Part shown: positions 58,101-64,000 of the stretch, piece by piece
How the letters are laid out: each line of letters begins with the position of its first letter
Numbering within the stretch: the first letter of the stretch is position 1
Assembly: GCA_965240325.2 (NCBI GenBank)
Contig: OZ251252.1
Coordinates: 124,001 to 188,000, forward strand
DNA length: 64,000 bases
Direction: 5' to 3'
Source: Rebecca billardiae RCC1528
Lineage: Eukaryota; Protista; Haptophyta
Notes under the pieces: model-generated
What the model was told of the DNA's origin: nothing
Seen by the model: the letters and a program-made list of their open reading frames with translations, nothing else
The model's database searches: none
Translations under genes and position numbers: made by a program

Positions 58101-58157
58101 CAGTATGAGGCGCATGGCGCAGGCAGCGTGGACGAGGGCGCGCTCGGCTGGGCCTGA
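55125..58157 (+). CDS. Coiled-coil protein with Sfi1-like (ALRAWR) repeats
   Basis: Repeated A(L)RAWR units at roughly 23-33 aa spacing between coiled-coil segments, as in centrin-binding Sfi1 repeats. Confidence 0.5.
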   Translation: MVPSSVERELRALQRELDRAAPPAWPPPGDGAEAYIFSLHASPLRAHHHAAASGGGAPPPPSAAAAGAAASIEHPAAGAELAFARREVADLERALGYTTQALAAERVEARQLRAELERSRTAAAALRAELARADEAEASLGAARAEARAGRAAVSRVRALSVGGGGGVDEAERAAERAARAHALRALCAPALGAWRERTVGGEGAWARHGGGLRRAAQGGRRASAADRSTAAVAALARRVLRERQRRRALEAMRAAAEAAARTAAAARSALALWSGARARRAWVSVWAPRARAHARALRAARAALVGRRALRAWRAQRAAARGAAAARAGGARWRAQSAARATRAWRAAAAARSAAARAARVAARQWRGDARARALRAWRADAARAQRARRALGGALARWRRAERARALRAWADACAARVAARRGERVAAEARRHPRRARARAALRAWRRAARARADGSRARRAAAARARWPAALGAALRAALRAVAAADLALGVGGYAEGGGGGHGVAAAGAARTQLGSEPPTPLRAAGAELAGAKAADGAGAAAAAPVAPRAAATGGVGGGGADGTAPAGLSSPRARAEARASLGGAAGATAPDAAAAAQNDAPTAAALARLATQLAEAEARVAAACAELPRLRARGGGGGVGWEAVLGGSGVGYSAEPWLADGPAGLAATNAAAAAAAAAAAAAAAAAAADADADDGPDDEQRSLAALTAHTCGAALACARGRLRDATRHAAEAHVSSALDSELHALQQQQAALRRSHADLAAALAAVSAVLRGDAAKPAASLQGAAAALEGVQAQLRAALADAADARAAEAARADAAEGAGARAAALARAGAVHARALAAALRDAEAEAAAEAEARRGAEAECAELTDAVHFLRRLAAVDAREHTARANAVGAHVAEAEAEAQTARELSLGLAAALGDALDGVAGAEALAAHAAALGARLAPGAGSVPWAELREAAAALAPRAAGGSGGGRVPPALAAEAGRPVQHRYQYEAHGAGSVDEGALGWA

Positions 58158-58707
58158 TAGTCAGGGCAATCGTGATCCCTCCCATGGCGGGCGGCTGCTC
58201 GGCTGGGCCGCGCTGAGCCCCGGAACCGATTTACCGGCTCCGGCTGAAACCGTCTGAGATAGCAGCAGCGGCGCGGACGTAGGTCGTATTGCGGCGCCGC
58301 ACCGCGCCCGAGAGTCTGCCACGCGGTCACAACCCGCGCCGCGTCACCTGACATAGTACCGTCACTAGCCTAAGCCGGGATCAGGATGGCCGCCGCACAG
58401 CCCGGGCGGGCCCCCGCGGGCCGATTCGGGCCGCGCGCGCGTCCTGCAAGTGCAGAGCTAGGCGCTGCACAGAGGAGCCACCGCGTGGGCACGGCACACG
58501 GATGCCTCTTCCACGATGAGACCATCTACGCCACCCCGCCCTCGCTGTCGGGACGCCCGTATGTACATGCAAGGCACGTGGGGCACGCACGTGTGCGGCA
58601 GCCATCCCGGCCATTCCGGCCTTGTGATTCCGGGGAGTGTTTTCAGTTTGGACCGGTTCTAACCCGCCCCATGCCGCCGCCTGTCACTCGTCAGTCGCTG
58701 TGTACGC

Positions 58708-60540
58708 ATGGCGGCGGTCGGCGACTGCGAGCCGCTCGCGGCGGTCGCGCCCGTCGAGGTGCTCGACGCGCCGCCGGACGCGCGCAGCTTCTTCGAGCGG
58801 TACGTGGTGACGTGCACTCCCGTCCTCATGCGCGGCGCCGCCGACGCGTGGCCCGCGCGCCAGCCCGGCGGCGCGCGCGCGTGGACGGCCGAACGGCTGC
58901 GCGCGGCGCACGGCGACGCGATCGTCGCGGTCGCGCCGCTGCCGACCGTGGGCGCGCACGCGCGGTATGACAAGTCGATCGAGCCGGCGAACGCCTGGCG
59001 AGAAGCCGCGCCCGCCGAGACACGCCACGCCGCGCCCGCCGCCGCGCCCGCCTCGGCGGCCGCGGCCGCGGCCGCGGGCGGCGACGACCACACGGCCGCG
59101 GCGGCGGGCGCGGCGGCGGGCGCGGTGCGCGCGGACGCCGTGCTCGCGGTCGCGGCGGAGCGCGTGCCCATCCGCCTCGCCACGCTGCTCGACGTGCTCG
59201 CGGACGACGCCGCGGCGCTCGAGGCCGGCGCGCACGGCAGAGGCGTCACGTTTTACGCGGACGGAGCGGCCAACCTTGGCCGCCATTTTGATTTCCTCGC
59301 GGCCGACGTGTGCCCGCCGGCGTGCGGCGCGCTGCTCAAGCCGCGCCGCGCGGCCGAGGCGGGCGCGGAGGCGTCGCTCTGGTTCGGCGGCGCCACCGTC
59401 TCGCGCTGCCACTACGACAACACCGACAACCTCTTCACTCAAGTCGCGGGCACGAAAACTTTCGCGCTCGTGCCGCCGCGCGCGGCCGAGGCGGCGCGGC
59501 CGGGCGCGCTTCGCAAGGTGTACGCGGTGTGGCAGCCGCCGAGCGGGCCGGCGGAGGCGGCGGCGGCGAGGGAAGAGGGCGCGCGCTTCTCGCGGCGCGG
59601 CGCCGACGGCGCGCGCTTCTCCGACGAGCAGGTGCTCAACTACTGGCCGGAGCACCTGCAGCTGCGCGTGTGCGCGGCCGCGGCGCGCGCGGCCGCGGCG
59701 CCCGCGGCCGCGGCGCGCGCCGAGGGCGGCGCGACGGGCGACGGTGGCGTCGGCGTTGGCTGGGCGCGCGCCGCGCCGGACGCGGCGGACGAGCTCGTGG
59801 TGACCGACCCGCACGCCGCAGCCCTCGCCCTCGCCACCCCCGCGCCGCACGACGCCCCTCCCTCCGCCACCCCCTCTCCGTTCCTCCTTGCGGGCCGCGC
59901 GCGCGGCGGCGCGCGGCTGCCGTGCGCGCTGGTGAGCGTGCGGCCTGGGGAGACGCTGTACCTGCCGTTCGGCTGGTGGCACGAGGTGTGGGGGCGGCCG
60001 ACGAGCGCGGCGGAGGGCGGGCTGTGCGCGAGCGTCTCGCACTTCTACGCGCCCTTCTACTGCCGCGCGCGCGCGCCGGCAGACGGCCGGATCGGCGCGG
60101 TCCGGGTAAACCCCCGCTATTCGCTGCTCGCGCGCGCGGCCGCGGCGGGCGCGCTCGGCGCGGCGGCCGCGGCGGCGCGGCGGCGGCGGGACGCGGCCGC
60201 GGCAGGCGGGACGCGCGCGCCGTCGCACGCCCCGGCGTCCTCCTCCGCGTCCTCCTCCGCCGAGGACGAGGCCGCGCAGTCCGACTCGGAGGAGGCCGAG
60301 CCGTGCTTACCTGCCGGCCACGTGCGCGACGGCGCGACGACTGATGATGTCGATGATGATGGCGACGGTCCGGGCCCCGCCCGGCCCCGGGCCGTGCAGC
60401 AGGCGGCGGCGGCGGATGCGAGGCCCGGCGCCGCCCCCGGCGCGCGCGCGGCCGCTTATGCAGCAGTCGTCGATCGTCGCATCGTCATCGTGAATCGTGA
60501 CCGGATCGTCGAATCCGCGCGAGCATCATCATATTGCTGA
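58708..60540 (+). CDS. JmjC/cupin-8 2-oxoglutarate oxygenase (JMJD5/JMJD7/FIH-like)
   Basis: FFERYV..PVLMRG..WPA..WT, LWFGGATVSRCHYDNTDNLFTQVAGTKTFALVPP and VRPGETLYLPFGWWHEV (HxD..H triad). Confidence 0.9.
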   Translation: MAAVGDCEPLAAVAPVEVLDAPPDARSFFERYVVTCTPVLMRGAADAWPARQPGGARAWTAERLRAAHGDAIVAVAPLPTVGAHARYDKSIEPANAWREAAPAETRHAAPAAAPASAAAAAAAGGDDHTAAAAGAAAGAVRADAVLAVAAERVPIRLATLLDVLADDAAALEAGAHGRGVTFYADGAANLGRHFDFLAADVCPPACGALLKPRRAAEAGAEASLWFGGATVSRCHYDNTDNLFTQVAGTKTFALVPPRAAEAARPGALRKVYAVWQPPSGPAEAAAAREEGARFSRRGADGARFSDEQVLNYWPEHLQLRVCAAAARAAAAPAAAARAEGGATGDGGVGVGWARAAPDAADELVVTDPHAAALALATPAPHDAPPSATPSPFLLAGRARGGARLPCALVSVRPGETLYLPFGWWHEVWGRPTSAAEGGLCASVSHFYAPFYCRARAPADGRIGAVRVNPRYSLLARAAAAGALGAAAAAARRRRDAAAAGGTRAPSHAPASSSASSSAEDEAAQSDSEEAEPCLPAGHVRDGATTDDVDDDGDGPGPARPRAVQQAAAADARPGAAPGARAAAYAAVVDRRIVIVNRDRIVESARASSYC

Positions 60541-61447
60541 CTACTTCAGACGATCCGGGCTGAGTCGGCGGATATTTATGGCTCTGGCTTCGGCGGTTGA
60601 CCCCTGCCAGAGACGGGCACTGTGAGCTCCGGCCTTCGTCATGAAGTCACTCGTGAAAACTGCACAGGAGCCGACCTCAATGGACGATGCCTAGATGCTG
60701 ATGATCGACTTCAGAGCGATGATTGGGCCATCAATTACAATTATACTATACTGTCATAATTATTACGACAAGCATCACTTGACACCGTTCCTCTATCATC
60801 CGGTCTACTATAGTATTTAACGACGTGGCAGCATCGGACAAGCGTCAGGCTCAGAGTGCAACAGACACATAGAATGCGTCCGCGCCTTCCGTCCAGGTCA
60901 GACAGTGCACCACCCGCAGCCCTGCCCCCCTACGGGAGCGGGGCCGGGATGGAGCACCGCCTCGGCCTGGGGCACGTCAACTTCGCGGCGCCGCTCGGCC
61001 GTCGGCGGCTCGGCCCGCCGCGGCGGCGCCGCCCGCCAGCGCGGCCCGCGGCCATATATATGGCGGCAGCGCATGTATCTCGGATTCATCGTCAGCATCG
61101 TCGGCATCTGATGATATGATGATGACCCTCGTCAACGCGGTATACTGGTTAGAGGCGGACGGACCGGAACGGACCGCAACACTGCGCGCGCGTGAGCAGC
61201 CGACCGCGGTGCCGGTAGCTAGCAAGTGCCGCACAGCCCCACGAGCCGGTGCCGCGCGGCCAGCTGCTCCCTGCATGGCCGACTGCACACCGCCAAGTGG
61301 CCGTCTGCACCCATCTACTGGGCGAGCGGGCAGAGGCTGCTGCTGCTGCCCAGTGCCACTCAGCGCCTGCGGCGCACGGCGGCGCCGACGCGCCGGCACC
61401 ACCGCCGCCGTGCGCGCCAAGCCCCGCCGCGCGCCTCGCCCCTGCCG

Positions 61448-63662
61448 TCATTGTTCCCACGGCGGGATGCAGGTGGGGAAGATGACGTTGTACTCGAGCA
61501 GCAGCGAGAACACGAGGAAGATGAAGTAGAGGAGCATCATCGAGTAGCTGCGCGGCAGGCGAGGAGGGCGGGGTCGGGGCGGGGGCCACGTGCGCGCGTG
61601 TGTGCCGCAGCCACATCCAACAGCCAGCCACACAGCCGCGGCGGTTGGGCGGGCGCAGCGGCGACGGGGCAGCGGGCGGACGGGGCCGCCGGCAGGCGCA
61701 CGGGTGCAGCGGCTGCGCGCGTGACGCTCGGCCGCGCGGCTGGCCAGCGTGGCGGTGTGCCCCCGTGTCTCGCTCGCGCGCGCGCGCCGGCGCGCGCGCG
61801 CTTGTGCCGCCCTGCTGCCGCGCACCCGAGCCTCTTGAGCAGCTGCCAGCCGCTCAGGTGGATGATGATGATCACCGCGGCGACCATGAGGAAGAGCAGC
61901 GAGATCATCAGCGCCAGCCCTGCGGCACGCACGCAGCGGGCGCGGGGCGCGTGCGGGCAGCCAGCCGGCCGCGGGTGAGGCGCACGCCGCGCGCACGCCG
62001 GCCGCGCGGCGGTGCGGCGCCCGGCGCTTGGCTGCGGCGCTCACCCTCTGACTGGATGGTGACGTCGGTGCCCATGATAGTGGTGAAGAGGAACCACGGG
62101 ACGGGCAGGCCGATGAGGATGTCGAAGATGTTCGAGCCCAGCGAGGAGGACACCGCCATGTCGCCGTGCCCCTTCCGCGCGACCGCCATGCTGGAGAGGC
62201 AGTCCGGGATGGACGTGCCGCCAGCCAGCAGCGTCAGCCCCATCACCGGCGCCGGGATATTCGCCGTGATGCCGAGCTCTGTCGCCATCCAGACCATGAA
62301 GTAGGAGAGAAAGGCGATCCACACGATGGACATGAGGAAGGTGGCGAAGAAGAAGCGCTTGAACAGCGGGCGCCTGCAGTCCGGGATCGTCAGCCACATG
62401 CTCAGCAGCAGCGGGAACGACAGCGCCCACACGAACCGACCGGTCGCAGAGCTCGGGAGTTCAAACGGATTCGACGGCTCGTTGTCGTCATCGTCCTCGC
62501 CCTCGCCGCCGCCGTCGTCCGCGCCGCCGTCGGCGTCGGCGTCGGCGGGGTCGGGCCCGTGCTCCGCCGCGGCGGCGATCCCCGCCGCCACCCCGCGCCC
62601 GCCGCCCGCCTCCGTGTCCTCGTCCCCCGGCGCGAACGCCCGCGGCCGCGGCCGCTCGTGCGCCGCGGCCGCTCGCACGAGCGCGTCGCCGCCGCCGTCG
62701 GCGTCACCCATCGCCTCCGTGGTGAACGAGGCGTCGTCGGCGGGCACGGTGGGCACCGCGGGCACCGCGGCGGGCGCGGTCTTGCACGCGTGCGCCGGCT
62801 GCGCCTCCGCCTCGGTGTTCGCGCGCGCCGCGCGCTCCCCCGCCGAGTACCGCGCCTCCGCCCCTCTCCACTCGGGCTCCGCTCGCTTAGTGAGCGCGCC
62901 GAGCGCCGCCGCCGCCTTTGGCCTGTGGCCGATGGCGTGGTGGGCAGCGGCGTGGTGGTTGCCCTCCGGGGCGACGCGCACGATGGAGGGGCGGTGGCCC
63001 GAGGGCTGCACGCTCTCCCCGCCCGGCCGCTCGGCGCCGCCCAGCACCTGCTCGAAGAACGTGCGCTCCGCCGACAGGTGCACCTGCTGGCTCAGCGGGA
63101 TCGTGCCCGTGGGCGCGAGATTGAAATCTCCCTCGCGCACCTGCGTCGCGTTGTCGCGGTACGACTTTGCGAGCAGCCGGTAGAGCCGCGCGGCGCGGAG
63201 CACGCGCACGACGCGGATGAAGCGGAGCACGCGCAGCCCCGACGCCGTGCCCGAGCCCGTCCACGCCAGCTCGACGATGATCAGCAGCACGAGCACGCCG
63301 TCGAAGACGTTCAGCGCGTCCTGCCAGCACTGGAAGAACCCATAGCTGTACAGCTTGAGCGCAATCTCGGCGATGAAGATTGCGGCGCACGCGAGGTTGA
63401 CGCCTTCGAGCACGGCGGAGGCGAAGAGGTTGGAGAAGATGACCATGAAGACGTTCACCACGATCACCGCCATGATAAAGTACACGAACGGCTTCGACTC
63501 CACCAGCACCACCAGCCGCTCGCGGTGCGGCGGCCGCGGCTGCGTCTGCGCCTCGTACACCTTCCGCTCCGTCCACGCCTGCAAGGACTCGTTGTAATAC
63601 ATGATCGAGATATACCCGGCGTATAGGAAGAGCAGCGCGAGCGACTCCCACCAGGTCACCGC
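61448..63662 (-). CDS. K+-dependent Na+/Ca2+ exchanger (NCKX/SLC24-like), 3' part, with an inserted voltage-sensor domain; exons complement(61448..61547,61826..61919,62045..63662); 5' exons probably lie beyond the window
   Basis: TM5 VTWWESLALLFLYAGYISIMYYN, LTIPDCR..FFFATFLMSIVWIAFLSYFMVW and the alpha-2 repeat GLTLLAGGTSIPDCLSS..GDMAVSSSLGSNIFDILIGLPVPW. Canonical introns give a continuous frame to the stop at 61448. Confidence 0.92.
63165..63500 (-). other. Voltage-sensor domain (S1-S4) within the NCKX loop
   Basis: S1 ESKPFVYFIMAVIVVN; S2 NLACAAIFIAEIALKLYSYG; S3 WQDALNVFDGVLVLL; S4 LRVLRFIRVVRVLRAARLYRLL. Confidence 0.9.
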
Positions 63663-64000
63663 CTGCGCGCCGCACGCGCGGGCGCGCGAGAGCGCGCAGC
63701 CCGCCAGCCAGCCGACGCGGGGGCGCCGGGCGCACGGGTGAGCCCTCTGCCTCCGCCTCTGCCTCCGCCCGTCTCGCTCGGCAGCGCGCGCGCGCTGCGC
63801 CCGGCCGCGGGCGCGCGTCCGCCCACGCACAGGCGACGCGCCGGGCGGAGCGGCCCGCGAGGGCGTAGGGCGCACCGCGTGCGCGTGCACTGCCCACCCA
63901 GTCCACGCAGGCCGGGCCCCGCGCGGCCGCGCCGTGGCGGCGCGCGCACGACGGGCCACCGCCACGCGGACGGCGCGCGGGGCGCACCGCGCGCGCTGCC

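Overview
Very GC-rich eukaryotic nuclear DNA with GT-AG introns, poly-Gly/Ala coding tracts and (TA)n microsatellites. The style suggests a haptophyte alga such as Diacronema/Pavlova, but this is inference only. About 15 host genes are recognisable: PX-domain protein, DAO-family FAD oxidoreductase, stand-alone lipoyl domain, EF-hand-like protein, coiled-coil protein, GT77-like glycosyltransferase, PP2A scaffold A-like, FANCM/Mph1 helicase, C3HC/NIPA zinc finger, membrane protein, PLAC8, SMR transporter, Sfi1-like protein, JmjC oxygenase, and the 3' part of an NCKX exchanger. The most striking feature is that the NCKX (SLC24-type K+-dependent Na+/Ca2+ exchanger) has a complete S1-S4 voltage-sensor domain, with a 7-Arg S4, inserted in frame in its central cytoplasmic loop. 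This makes it a candidate voltage-gated Ca2+ exchanger. Mobile DNA comprises: three copies of an AT/TA-repeat-associated, Helitron2/Helentron-like family with different cargoes (one a BAH-domain gene); a decayed Sola3-like transposase ending in a chromodomain; a Galileo/P-like foldback element (400-bp TIRs, 7-bp TSD); and an internally deleted Ngaro/PAT-type split-direct-repeat retroelement. Also notable are a 17-copy tandem array that multiplies a splice donor and a prokaryotic-type SMR transporter with an organelle-type presequence. All domain calls come from motif recognition by eye; no database searches were run.
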